Positions 50,101 through 63,206 of a DNA stretch of 64,000 nucleotides are shown piece after piece. Source of the DNA: Anthoceros angustus. Its lineage: Eukaryota > Plantae > Anthocerotophyta. A program made the position numbers and the translations under genes. Below the pieces are notes generated by a model. That model did no database searches and was not told the DNA's origin. It worked only from the letters and a program-made list of their open reading frames with translations. The stretch spans positions 1 to 64,000 of the forward strand of contig VJWM01000281.1 of the NCBI GenBank assembly GCA_010909165.1, given 5' to 3'. Each line of letters starts with the position of its first letter. The stretch's first letter is position 1.

Positions 50101-52599
50101 GAGGAGCCAAGTGGAACGAGAGTCTCTTGGATCTTGGGAGGATCAAGTAGCCCCGCCCTTGGATAAGCAAGTGACTAGTCAATCACTTTTGATCTGACAG
50201 CCAAGTGATCTGCCAAGGCTGGCAAACATGGTAGGTAGCCTAGGCGCTCAGTGAGGTTAGTTAGTAGCTAACCTAGCAACTAACCATGCTTTTCTGTCCC
50301 CATTGAACACGTCGATAGGGCGGGCCACGGAGCTGCTAAGATCCATGACGATCATTTAAGGCCTTGGTGTCCGAGTCATCTCGTATGATGCCGCTTACAT
50401 CTTGCAGAGCACGACATGTAGGATTAGCAATATCTTTGGAGTGGATTAGGAGGCGTCTTGATGGGAGCTTGAGCACCATCGAGGAGTGGGGAATGATGAT
50501 TAAAAGCTTTTCTGGTCTTTCCGAGATTTTCTCTTGGCCTCTACTCTCATGAGAACACATGAAAATTTTAATCAACCTGATATGGAAAAAGCTGGACTTC
50601 AAACGAGATAGAGCAAGATGCAAGAAGGGATGAATAGTCGAATCGGGAGAAAGAGGAACGCAGATGAAGAATGAGGAACTCTACAAAGGAGAAGTGAGAA
50701 AATCGAGGAGATCCTGTTTTTCTGGCTAACGGAACATTGAAGTTGCACTAATGCATAAGGTACGCCAATGGTCATGCAATATGACCGAGAGCACCATCAA
50801 CGATGGGAGGTTGTGGCCCGAGGCACAAGACGGCGAAGACTCCTAGGGAGTTGGTATGCATGGAGCCTTGTTGTGTCTCAGTGCAAAAAAAACAAAAAAG
50901 AAGAGGCCCATGGTCAAGTTGAGGTCTTAGCGCCACCTAGGAGCACATCGCATGAGCGGTTGCAAGAATTGCTAGCTGGGTTTGTGAAGCAAAGTGAGCT
51001 AGCTCTTGAACATTAGGTAGACGAGACGGTAGGAAATAAATACTGTGTTTCAAGCAAGATATGTGTGTTGTGGTTCTTTACTTGAGCAATTCAAATACTG
51101 GTTTGGCCACTGTCCATCTTGTGGCAAGCAGAAGAGGGTTTCTCGGCCATGATCAAGTGGTGAGTTTTGAATTGAATTCATGAGGAGTCTTGAAGTGGAA
51201 GTTCAAGCACACCATAAGAGCTTAATTGCGATCCAAACTTGAAGTGCAGTTTGTGGAAGTCAAGAGTTTGTGGGGCGAGCAAGATGGGTGAAATCTCTGA
51301 TTGTCTAAGTTTGTCAAGTCGCGACAAATTGGCCACCAAGTTGCGGCGGTTGCACGATCATGCCAAAGCTGGTTTGATGTTTGTCTTGATATGTTTTCCA
51401 AGCATCAATGACATTGGTGAGAAATGATGCTCATCATTCCATGCCAATGAATTGTTGCTATCATGATGGAGAAAGAGGCATGCTTGTGCTCAAGCCGAAT
51501 CCTCATTGTGACCACTTGGATCTTTCAATCGCCGATGTGGATCACTAGTGACCACATCGGCATGATCGAGTCGGTAGGAGAAGTGACAACCGAGTCCAAC
51601 ATCGCAGTGCATGTGTGAGCAGTGGCAATTTTAAGGATAAGCCGACTGTGCATATTCTAGCTTGGATCACGCATTATGAGGTCGATGGAGGATAGTGAGT
51701 TTCTTCGACTCAGACCGAGATCCATGGCCGGCTTGGCTGAGATGTTGAGCTGCACGTCACGGTGTGTCGCGATGGCGACTAGAGGTGGCATTAAGAAGAA
51801 AATTGGCGCCTGCGCCCTCCGAGCCTGCAGAAGATGGGAAGGCAACGTCGGAAAGGGCCTGCAAGGAAAGAAGTAGTTGAGGAGGAGGACGTGGTGCACG
51901 ATCCTGCCTATGCCTACACATGGAGCGATGAGCCCTGAATTTTGATGCCGTGGGCTCAACACGGAAGCGGTCATCCGTGTTGAGGCCGAAGTTCGTATGA
52001 TCCAACGAACCCTACAAGATCGAAGAGAAGCACGAAAAATTTTTGGCTGATATTTTGGCTCAAAATGCGTAAAGGAGAAGGCCTTACGTGAGATGCTTCA
52101 CATGCGGCTTAGTCCACAAAGAGTTGCATGTGCCGAGAGATGAGGTGAAGCAGGCGATGATCCAGTGCAATATTGCACGATGGAAGCCGCTCGTTGTTTC
52201 AGGGACGTTGCAAGAACAAGGAACATGAGAAGTTGTTAGCAAATTTGCTTGCAGAATGAAGAGAAGGAGCGAAATTGGAAACATTTTAGCACAAGTCATG
52301 CGAGACCCACCTCGGACAGAAGCCGAGCCCTCTACGTAATGATAATAGAGATGGAAGGCTTGCCTCTGCAAGTTATTGCTCCTTTGACTCCGCCACCTTC
52401 ATGACATTGAAAAGTGCAAGGACTAGCGCGAAAAAGAGGATCCCAAAATCAGAGATAGCAACAAATTGCAAGGCATGAGAGAGCTCAAGCCCAGGCACAC
52501 CGACCTTGCTTCTAAGGGATGTCATTCGATGAAGGTCCGACAACTCGATGACGATCGAGAAAGAGAGCTAAGTTGAGGTGCTCACCGCCAAGATAGGAG

Positions 52600-53540
52600 C
52601 CCGAGTAAGTTGCAGGAGTGGGCGCATTCACCACATATTTCAAGACGTGCAAGAAAGGAGAAGGTGGATTTGCAGCTCATTACACGAGCCATCTAGCGAG
52701 CTGTGGAGAAACAAAAGAGGGAAGCGTGGAAGGCCCATATGGAAGTGATGAAAGCGAGCTTCTTCACAATTTCTTGCCTAAGGATCACAAAGAAAAGGTG
52801 TTGGTCACTACGCCTCAAGCATATGGGTACACTTGAAGAATTTCATTTGCAATTCCTTGAAGGCCATGCTCAAAATACGGACCTAAGCGAGGCAAAGCTG
52901 CAGTGCTCGATGCCATCAAGCGAGTATAAGATCGATTAACAACGTGCTCTGTTGAAGAGGCATGCAAGCTGCAATGGACGCGAGAACTATGGAGTCAAGT
53001 TTGGATCAAATAACCCGTGACAACTCGAATTTGGACAAGGCAGCAAGGTGTGTTTCTGCAATACCAAGCTCAGCCAAGTACAACCCCTCACACTTGGAAG
53101 CCTAGAGGTCCAGGCTTGCGGCATCCACGGCCACACTAGTCGCAAGTTGAGCTCAAGCTGTCAATTTAGACACTGATAAGAAGGAGTATATGGCAAAAGG
53201 CTTGTGTTTTATTTGCTCGCTTGATCACATTTCGAGCTTTATCATATGGATCGATGTATGGGAAATGGGTGAGGAGGAGGGAGCCGATCTTGCGGATGGC
53301 CAATGCGTGATCAATGCATGTGAGCTCAAAATGAGCTCACGTGTAAAGGAAGGCGACATAGAGAATTTGAGCAAGGACCTACCACTGTTAGAATGGAGAG
53401 TGATAAGAAGGAGAGCGAGCACCTCAAGCATCGTAGTGGAAGGACTGGTGGGAAAAATATCCTTCCTTATCGATGGTGGGTCATCTCACTATGTGGTAGT
53501 AGCTCGAGATGCCAAGCCATGGTCTGCCAGACAAAGCAAC
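52600..53540 (+). pseudogene. gag: gag and aspartic protease of the chromovirus
   Basis: LHNFLPKDHKEK / RLKHMGTLEEFHLQF (gag core), MAKGLCFIC (knuckle remnant), VEGLVGKISFLIDGGSSH (protease catalytic motif). Confidence 0.75.
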
Positions 53541-53870
53541 AGATGAAGTTGGCATGATGGAGCAAATCTCATGAGATGTGTGATTAGTTTTCAAGGGTAT
53601 TTGTGATTCGCTTGAAGTTATTGACGCCTCGCCCCGAGGTTTTCTTGGCAAGATTGGCTTTGGAGAGTAGATCCAAACATATCTTCGAGACACGTGATGA
53701 GCTTGCAATGGAAAGGCAAGGAGTTGGAGATACATTAGCACAAAACATGATGAAATTGTTTTCATCCGAAATGCTAGAAGAGCTATCCAAGGAAAGCTAG
53801 AGTATGTCGTCCTTTTAATCGCTAGAGCAAGTGGATGAAAGCAAGCTAGAGAAGGAGGCACCACCGAGAT

Positions 53871-55586
53871 GTTTGAGCTTTTGTCCAAGTTTGCGGATGT
53901 ATTCTCGAAATGCAAGGGGCCACCAAGAGAAGTGGACCACGCCATCGAGCTGGTGCAGAGCAAAGCCTGAGCCACCTTGGCTGCTCCCAGAACATGGAGG
54001 TTCAAGTCGCAGTGGATGGGCTCAAGAAGGGCTGATTGAGGGTCACCTTATCTTCCTCCAGCTCATAGTCAAGCGAAACTAAGATCGAATGTGCATTGAC
54101 TATAGAGGGTTAAATGCATCCACGATCAAGAATAGGTTTCAAATGCCTAGGATAGAAGAGATTTTGGATAACCTCGTGGGTGCTAGAGTCTTGCAAGGTT
54201 GATCTTGGCTTTCACCAAAGCGCGGAGATGAATACAAGTCCGCCTTGAGAACAAGATCAGACTACTAATTCTGCTGCTGCCCCGGCGCCAAATGCCCGCC
54301 CGGCTTCACAACCTTGATGATGAAGATTGGGGCCCTATCTAGGGAAATTTGTTGAGGTATTTCTGACACATCTTGGTCTACTCAAAAGCAGAGAGAGCAC
54401 AAGGAGCACTTGGGTTAGTGTTCAGACTAAGGAAAACCAGCTATTTGCTAGACAAAAGAAGTGTGAATTTTAAGAACAAAGTGAACTACTTGGGGTTTGT
54501 GGTTTCGATGGAGTGGAAGTTGACGAAAAGTGAAGCTCTCAGGGCACAACCTCTTGACCTAATGCTCCAACAATTTCGGCATGTTGTCTGAAGAGCTTCA
54601 TTCGTGGTTTGCAAGGATTCTGTCTGAAGACTTGACTGCAAGAATGCAAAGTTCCCATGTCGAGCAAAGCAAGCATTTGAAGAGTTGAAGAGACATGCAT
54701 CACTTTTTGACCTTGCATCTCAACAAAGCCTTCTAGTGAAGCACGATGCATCGATTATGCCTTGGGATATACAAGAAGGAGAAATGTAAGTTTTCAGCTT
54801 GGTGCCGAAGAATTCACACACATGACAAGGAGATGCTTGCAGAATTTATGCTCAAGACTTGGCGACATTACTTGTATGGCTCGAATTCGCATGTTCAGAT
54901 CATAGGAGTTTGGAACACTTCTATAAGCTGCTCTTGAAAAAAGGTAATGAGATAATTCGATTTCATACTATTTCTTATAGTCCAGAAAAGCAAATTTGAC
55001 GATCGTGTAAGGAGGAAAATGCAAATGCCTAGTTAGAATCAAATTTATGGAGAAGTGCGGCTGTTACTTGAAGATGCTACTTGAGCGATTCGTGAGCTAG
55101 AGGTTCTCAATGCTTGGCCGGCTAGGATGTAGCATCCACCAAGGATGTTTGTTCAAGAAGGAAGGTTACCATACGAGAGTTGCTCGAATTGAAGCTTTCC
55201 TTATTGCATGATTTTCATGATGCACAGGACACATGGGGATAGATAAGACGTGTCGGAGGAGCATGTCGGTGGCAAGGCATGAAGAACTTGCATCAAATAA
55301 ATAGTGCTTACCTTGTCATCCAGAGAAGAGCACCAGAGCTTTTGTAGATCATATGGGCAAGCATGGCTTGTGATTTTGTGACATGCTTGAGAACAGAGAG
55401 GACATGAGGGTGGTGTGTGACAGAGCCACCAAGCTTGCTCACTTTATTCCAAATAACGATCAAAGCCAAGCAACTAGTGCCTTTGTTCTTGAAGGAGATA
55501 GTTCGCGCATGGTGTGCCACAAGAAATTTGTCATAGAGATGCAAAGTTTGCTTTTGGAAGGAGATTTCAAGCTTGGGCATGGGCGT
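53871..55586 (+). pseudogene. pol: pol (RT, RNase H, integrase N-part), first copy
   Basis: MCIDYRGLNASTIKNRFQMPRIEEILDNLVG, YLGKFVEVFL..ILVYSK, VNYLGFVVS, HDKEMLA..LKTWRHYLYG, GHMGIDKT, VVCDRATKLAHFIP. Confidence 0.9.
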
Positions 55587-57950
55587 GTTTGAGCTTTTGT
55601 CCAAGTTTGCGGATGTATTGGCAAGTGCCACCAGAAGTGGACACGCCATGAGTGAGCAAGCCATGTGGAGCCTGCTAGCTCCCAGAGAACATGGAGGTTC
55701 AAGTGGTGGACACAAGAAGGGCATTGAGGAATGGGTGCTGCCGGGTTCATGGTCACGACAGAAGCGTGACCTGTGCATTGACTATGGGGTTAAATGCATC
55801 CACGATCAGAGGTTTCAAATGCCTAGGATAGAAGAGATTTTGGATAACCTCGGGTGCTAGAGTCTCCTTGGGGTTGATCAGCGGCTTTCCGCAGTGGGTG
55901 TGCTGGGATGAATACAAGTCTTGGAGCAATGCACTGGGGCACGCATGACAAATGCCCTGGGCTTCACAACCTTGATGATGAAGATTGGGGCCCTATCTAG
56001 GGAAATTTGTTGAGGTATTTCTGACACATCTTGGTCTACTCTAGCAAACAAGGAGCACTTGGGTTAGTGTTCAGGCTAAGGAAACCAGCTATTTGCTAGA
56101 CAAAAGTGTGAATTCTTTAAGAACAAAGTGAACTACTTGGGTTTGTGGTTTGGTGATGGAGTGGGTTGAAAAGTGAAGCTCTCCTGGGTGCATAACCTCG
56201 CTAGCTCCAATTCGGCATGATTTTCAAATGAAGAGCTTCATTCTGGTTTGCAAGGAGTTCATGCTGCCAGACTTGACTGCAAGAATGCAAAGTTCCATCC
56301 ATGTTCTGAAGCAAGCATTTGAAGAGTTGAAGAGAACAGCATCAACCACAATTTTGACCTTGCCGATCTCAACAAAGCCTTGAGTGAGAAGTGCATCTTA
56401 TGCCTTGGGTGTCTGCAACAAGAAGGGAGTAAGTTTCTCTAGAAAGCTTAGGTGCGAGAAGAATTCAGCACAAGGAGATGCTTGCATAATTTATGCTCAA
56501 GACTTGCGACATTACTTGTATGGCTCAATTCCACAGTGTTCACGGATCATAGGAGTTTGGAACACTTCAAGCAAGCTCTTGAACCAGAATAATGAGTTTG
56601 CGATTTCACTACTATTTCTTATAGTCCAGAAAAGCAAATTGATTGATGCATTAAGGTGGGGCTGCAGCAACATGACTCTTTGAAGTTAATATCCTATGCG
56701 TGAAGGGCTACTGAGCGGCATCTTAGGCTAGACTTCTCAAGTGGCGGCTGAATTGGGGAGACTGCTATAGCATCCACCAAGGATGTTTGTTCAAGAAGGA
56801 AGGTTATGCATACGAGTTGCCCGAATTGAAGCTTTCCTTATTGCATGATGCCCAGCAGTAGGACACATGGGGATGATAAGGCTGTAAGCGAGGAGCATGT
56901 GGTGGCGTGAAGGATCATCAAATCTGCGGGGTGAGTGTCAAAGCGTGAGAGAACACCTTTATGCAGTTGATCTGTGAAGGCAAGCATGGCTTGTGATTTT
57001 GTGACATGCCTTACAGCAAGAGAGGACCCTATTGTACAGATATGAGCTTGCTCACTTTATTCCTCAAGGCACGATCAAAGCCAAGCAACTAGTGCCTTTG
57101 TTCTTGAAGGAGATAGTTCGCATGGTGTGCCACAATGTAGATGCAAAGTTTTTGTTTGGAAGGAGATTTTTTGCTTGGGCGTGGGCGGTTTGAGCTCGGC
57201 TCATCCGATCATGCGGTAGAGGCAAAACCAAGCGATGGAGGATTTGCCTCTTGCCACGTGAGGAATTGGAAGAAGTACTTGCTAGTTTGCTTCTTTAACT
57301 ATCTAGAGGTATGCCTCCGATATATGGAAAGAATATTCCACCACGTGTTGGCGGTGGAGTAGGTCAATCAATGAATGAGAGCATGCGTCAAGATTTCCGA
57401 AGTCTGCGTAGAATGGCAACAATCAATGATCGAGAGCAAAGCACGCCAACAAGAAACGAAGAGATGAACAGACGAGGTTGGCGACCTAGTGTGGAGAGTG
57501 CGCCTAATAGGTACTCCAAGTGCGGAAGGTAAAAGCTTGCTTATAGGTATGTCGGTCCATTGTTAGCGAGGAAGGTCTCCAGTGCTTATCAACTAGACAC
57601 CCGGACATTGGAAGATGTGCAAGACCTTCCACGCTTCCTTGTTGAAGAAGTTTGCGGAGTCCTTCCATCACAGCTTTTAGATGAGGCATCAAACAAGCGG
57701 AGAGGGAAGGAAGGCATAGTTCGATGAGCTCCTTGAAGGAGAGCCACCTAGACATTCGGAAGGAGGAGGAGGAGGCATGAAGGGCAGCCTCTCAAGCGCA
57801 AGAATTTCAAAGTGGAGATGCCCTTATCTTAGTGTGCATCCTAGCCACAAGGAGCGAGCCTGCGTGGACGGACCATCCGAGAATTTCGTGAGTTGGGAAG
57901 GTGACCGGAACCCTGGGAATCAAACATTTGTGGACGCTCCAACATTTGGC
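55587..57950 (+). pseudogene. pol: pol, second copy (RT, RNase H, integrase, GPY/F, chromodomain)
   Basis: CIDY..RFQMPRIEEILDNL, LRHYLYGS, NWKKYL, KLAYRYVGP, KTFHASLLK; chromodomain-like ILATR..RTIREF.VSWEG at ~57835-57910. Confidence 0.85.
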
Positions 57951-57993
57951 CAAGTTCACGGATGGATTGGACCCAAGTCCTCCTCCGAAAGCT

Positions 57994-58008
57994 GAGGAAG
58001 GAGGAGGA
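57994..58008 (+). promoter_or_regulatory. Polypurine tract of the chromovirus
   Basis: gaggaaggaggagga immediately before TGTCACGG. Confidence 0.85.
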
Positions 58009-58295
58009 TGTCACGGCGGATTGAGCAAGCTCGGTAGTGAAGGACATAGTCAATTGCCGGCTATGGTAGAACCTTTGCCAGGCAGGGCCGTGGCGGCATA
58101 CATGGTAGCCGTGGCAGGCTAGCTAGAGCAGTGGGTTAGTTAGGCGGTGACTAACCTAGGGCAACTAACCATAGTTAGCGACTCTAGTCGGGAACATTTG
58201 AGGTGCGGCTGGCAGTAGCCTGAGCTCCCAGATCCAAGAGGACAATTCCCGACTTTCCGCTCTTGGTGTCCGAGTTGCCCATCTCTATGTCACAC
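58009..58295 (+). repeat. 3' LTR of the chromovirus
   Basis: Starts tgtcacggcggattgagcaagc; homologous to 48758-49030 and 50170-50399. End approximate. Confidence 0.8.
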
Positions 58296-58920
58296 ACCGC
58301 GAGCACGTGTTCAAATATTTGACTCACCTTGTTCTTGACTAGAGTATGCCTAACTCGTTAGTTGATCCTAGGTTAGTCTCTCAAGCTAAACTAACATCCT
58401 ATAGCTAGCTAGCCCTCGTGCTTGCTATGCCGGACGCCGCCACGGCCCTCGGCGAGGATTAGCGGCTCGGTGCTATGTCCATCATAGCCTCGCGATCGAC
58501 TATGTCCTTCACGGTGGAGCTTGCTCAATCCGCCGTGACGATAACAAAAGCTCATACACTCTTAAGTGCACAAGCACGAAGCAATTGTAACTATGGTTGA
58601 TATAAACATAATTTCTAAGAAGGCACAAGTTGGTCTTGAAGATGGTGCTGCGTCGTATTCACGGCACCATTCTTGCGTGCCTTTTGAGACATGTTGTATG
58701 ATTCCCCAATGTGCCAAGAGATTATTCTTTTACTTGTTCAAACATGAAGATCACTTTTTGGTCTTTGCCCTCTTCCTCTTCTTGGCATTTTCGGCTGATT
58801 TGTGGAGCAACCCACTAATGTTTCATTATAACTTATTTCAAAAACTTTAATCAAATCCAAAACATATACATATGTCCAAACATTCAAATCAAAGCGTGTG
58901 AGGAAAATGCAAATGCTAGC

Positions 58921-59188
58921 CTAGTCTAGAAAAATAATGAGTTTTGCTTTCTCACCGTCTTCTTGGACGCGTCAACCCGTAGTAGACATCGATTGGCATG
59001 CTTAGGCTATGAATATCGGTCTCAAATATTTTTCACAAAGGCCGTCAACGAGGCCCCACTGCTCGCCTTCTTGTTCAAGGTACAATACACTATTTCAAGA
59101 TCGCAAAGTGGACATTTGAAAGGTCCTTGAGATAGCTTTGGCACGACTTTTGTGATTTTGGTTTTGCCCAGCTCTTACGCTTGCCCAT
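58921..59188 (-). pseudogene. ELF1: Elf1-family copy 10 (indel-disrupted as assembled)
   Basis: Homologous to 41872-42147. Confidence 0.8.
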
Positions 59189-61425
59189 GTTTCTCAATGT
59201 CTTGTTCATGAGTTAGGCTCTTTATTTTCTTGGGATCTAAAAAGCGAAAGGAGGCGGTTACTAGGATTCAATACCGTATTTGTTCACACGATGGAACATA
59301 TATAGTCTTTCTTTCGGTGAAATTTCTTATTTATTCAAAGATATTTACAAGCCAGCTCACAAAAAACCCTATTGTGGCTATCATGATGTGCAAGCTTGAT
59401 CACATGTTGCTCACCCTAATAAACCCCACGGTCCTAGTTCATGTAGTTCAAATCCGCCACTTGGCCAACTACTAGTTGAACGCAATTCAACGACGCAATT
59501 GCCAAGCGAGGAGGTCTTTACTATGTAGAAAAGGTTTTTTTTTTTTTTGGTTGGAAGTTTCATGCCAAGTGGTTAAAAAGTAACGTTTGGGTCGGACCGT
59601 TCGATGATAGTTCATACATGCCACATAAGCAATCATGCTTTAGTAGAGAAATTAATCCAAAATAGAATGGGTGTAGTTTCTCTTTGATGTAGACTAAGAC
59701 TAAGCTTGAACTATCATTGAACTACTAGTTTGGCATGGACCTCGTAATCCGTTCTCTTTGCACTTTGAATAGGTTTTCAAAGTTTTGGTGTTTCATACTC
59801 AAGATGGGGTATTGTTATTCTTCTTCTATTTATCTATCTAGGTACATGATCATCAACAAATCCATCAATTGCAAGAATGTATCCAATGATGGACAATAAA
59901 CACCAACAATATTTTTGCCAACTTCATTGCTAGTTCTAAATAAAGCTCCAAAACCTACATTATTTACATCGTCCTCGAAATTAGCATACAATGAGCCTAA
60001 TTGTGTGTCTTCGTGTGTAGCGTAGTTTGATCTTGGCATGCAAGTCCTTGCACTACATGTCGGTACTAGGTGCTTCTTTGGCTTCTTGATCCCACTCCTC
60101 GTGAGACAAGTTTTATGAGCCTCCAATGCGCCATGTGATTATTCTATTACTTGGCCAATCACGATGATTACTTTTTGGTCTTTGCCCTTTTCTATTCTTG
60201 GAATTTTGGTGATTTGTTGAGTAGCCTACCAACTACGGACTGATCCAAGGGAGCATAGTCTCGATGAGCTAAGCACCTAATCGGTGCAGGGCAGCAGCCG
60301 AGATGGTGGATGCAGCAAGGAGCGGCTTGCGACTAACCATAGTCGTGCTAGCCTAGGTTAACTCACTAGAGCATAGTTAGCAAACCGTAGTCAAGAACCT
60401 CGGGTTACACAAATTGGACATGGACACGGACCAAGCCGCGGGGCTACAAGTCACACGCCAAGATCAAGAAGACTCTCTTCTTCATGCCCCTCGCCTCGCC
60501 GTCGAGGCCCTCGTCATGTGCGCTCATATGGTATCAAAGCCTATCCATCGATCTGCGGATGTTTCTTGAAGATCTCAATGCCGGAGTGGATCAAAAGAAG
60601 GAGATATGGGAGCTTGCGATAACGATCGAGCATTGTTAGGGCTTAGGCGGGCAGCAAGCCTTGTCATAGCATTAGGGCTTATCCAAACTAGAAAAGGTAG
60701 TTAATATAAGCGGCATCCTACGAGATGGGCACCCACAGCACGAGGAGCGGTCGGGAACGAGAGTCTCTTGGATCTTGGGAACGGATCAAGTAGCCGCGCC
60801 CTTGTCCGGAAACACGTGTTCAAATATTTGACTCACCTTGTTCTTGACTAGAGTATGCCTAACTCGTTAGTTGATCCTAGGTTAGTCTCTCAAGCTAAAC
60901 TAACCGTACATCCTATAGCTAGCTAGCCCTCGTGCTTGCTATGTCGGACGCCGCCACGGCCCTCGGCGATTAGCGGCTCGGTGCTATGTCCATCATAGCC
61001 TCGCGATCGACTATGTCCTTCACGCGGAGCTTGCTCAATCCGCGTGACGATTAACAAAAGCTCATACACTCTTAAGTGCACAAGCACGAAGCAATTGTAA
61101 CTATGGTTGATATAAACATAATTTCTAAGAAGGCACAAGTTGGTCTTGAAGATGGTGCTGTGTCGATTCTGGCACCATTCTTGCGTGCCTTTTGAGACAT
61201 GTTGTATGATTCCCCAATGTGCCAAGAGATTATTCTTTTACTTGTTCAAACATGAAGATCACTTTTTGGTCTTTGCCCTCTTCCTCTTCTTGGCATTTTC
61301 GGTGATTTGTGGAGCAACCCACTAATGTTTCATTATAACTTATTTCAAAAACTTTAATCAAATCCAAAACATATACATATGTCCAAACAGTTCAAATCAG
61401 CGTGGAGGAAAATGCAAATGCTAGC

Positions 61426-61679
61426 CTAGTCTAGAAAAATAATGAGTTTTGCTTTCTCACCGTCTTCTTGGACCGTCAACCGTAGTAGACATCGATTGGC
61501 ATGCTTAGGCTATGAATATCGTCTCAAAATATTTTTCACAGGCGCATGAGGCGACCTGTTCTTCTTGTTCAAGGTACAATACACTATTTCAAGATCGCAG
61601 CGACATTTGAAAGGTCCTTGAGATAGCTTTGCACGACTTTTGTGATTTTTGGTTTTGCCCAGCTCTTACGCTTGCCCAT
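61426..61679 (-). pseudogene. ELF1: Elf1-family copy 11 (indel-disrupted as assembled)
   Basis: Homologous to 41872-42147. Confidence 0.8.
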
Positions 61680-62721
61680 GTTTCTCAATGTCTTGTATTC
61701 TGAGTTAGGCTCTTTATTTTCTTGGGATCTAAAAACGAAAGGAGACGGTTACTAGGATTCAATACCGTATTTGTTCACACGATGGAACATATATAGTCTT
61801 TCTTTCGGTGAAATTTCTTGGTATTTATTCAAAGATATTTACAAGCCAGCTCACAAAAACCCTATTGTGGCTATCATGATGTGCAAGCTTGATCACATGT
61901 TGCTCACCCTAATAAACCCCACGGTCCTAGTTCATGTAGTTCAAATCCGCCACTTGGCCAACTACTAGTTGAACTGCAATTCAACGACGCCCAATTGCGA
62001 GGAGGTCTTTACTATGTAGAAAAGGTTTTTTTTTTTTGGTTGGAAGTTTCATGCCAAAGTGGTTAAAAAGTAACGTTTGGGTCGGACGTTCGATGATAGT
62101 TCATACATGCCACATAAGCAATCATGCTTTAGTAGAGAAATTAATCCAAAATAGAATGGGTGTAGTTTCTCTTTGATGTAGACTAAGACTAAGCTTGAAC
62201 TATCATTGAACTACTAGTTTGGCATGGACCTCGAATAGTTTCTTTGCACTTTGAATAGGTTTTCAAAGTTTTGGTGTTTCATACTCAAGATGGGGTATTG
62301 TTATTCTTCTTCTATTTATCTATCTAGGTACATGGTAGCATCAACAAATCCATCAATTGCAAGAATGTATCCAATCGATGGACAATAAACACCAACAATA
62401 TTTTTGCCAACTTCATTGCTAGTTCTAAATAAAGCTCCAAAACCTACATTATTTACATCGTCCTCGAAATTAGCATACAATGAGCCTAATTGTGTGTCTT
62501 ATATGTGGGGCGTAGTTGATCTTGGCATGCAAGTCCTTGCACTACATGTCGGTACTAGGTGCTTCTTTGGCTTCTTGATCCCACTCCTCGTGAGACAAGT
62601 TTTATGAGCCTCCAATGCGCCATGTGATTATTCTATTACTTGGCCAATCACGATGATTACTTTTTGGTCTTTGCCCTTTTCTATTCTTGGAATTTTTGAT
62701 GATTTGTTGAGTAGCCTACCA

Positions 62722-63033
62722 ACTACGGACCGTGATCCAAGGGAGCATAGTCTCGATGAGCTAAGCACCTAATCGGTGCAGACGCAGCGAGATGGTGGAC
62801 TCGGCAAGGAGGCGCTTGCGACTAACCATAGTCGTGCTAGCCTAGGTTAACTCACTAGAGCATAGTTAGCAAACCGTAGTCAAGAACCTCGGGTTACACA
62901 AATTGGACATGGACACGGACCAAGCGCAGGGCTACAAGTCACACGCGCCAAGATCAAGAAGACTCTCTTCTTCATGCCCCTCGCCTCGCCGTCGAGGCCC
63001 TCGTCATGTGCGCTCATATATGGTATCAAAGCC
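62722..63033 (+). mobile_element. Old LTR relic plus tRNA-iMet PBS within the satellite unit (representative copy)
   Basis: Colinear with the chromovirus LTR (catagtc...cctagg..aact..catagttagcaaac..tagtcaagaac...ggctac...ccaagatc.ag.agactctc); ends cgctcata, then ta, then tggtatcaaagcc (63021-63033). Confidence 0.65.
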
Positions 63034-63206
63034 TATCCATCGATGCAGCTAGCCGATGTTTCTTGAAGATCTCAATGCACCGGAGTGGATCAAAAGAAGG
63101 AGATATGGGAGCTTGCCAACGATCGAGCATTGTTAGGGCTTAGGGGCGGACGAGCAAGCCTTGTCATAGCATTAGGGCTTATCCAGCTTCTAGAAAAGGT
63201 AGTTAA

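Larger units (their letters stand above)
48758..58295 (+). mobile_element. Ty3/gypsy chromovirus LTR retrotransposon (frameshifted, two internal duplications)
   Basis: ~280-bp LTRs at ~48758-49030, ~50170-50399 and 58009-~58295; PPT; gag, protease, RT, RNase H, integrase with GPY/F and chromodomain motifs in gypsy order. Confidence 0.9.

Noticed and set aside
48750-58300. TSD for the chromovirus insertion
   Set aside because: Both junctions are too error-ridden (aagtagc|ccacggcg and gtcacacaccgc|gagcacg) to call one.
63133-63180. TTAGGG(C) telomere-like motifs (ttagggcttaggg, cattagggctta) in each unit
   Set aside because: Only 2-3 scattered copies per unit; not a telomeric tract.
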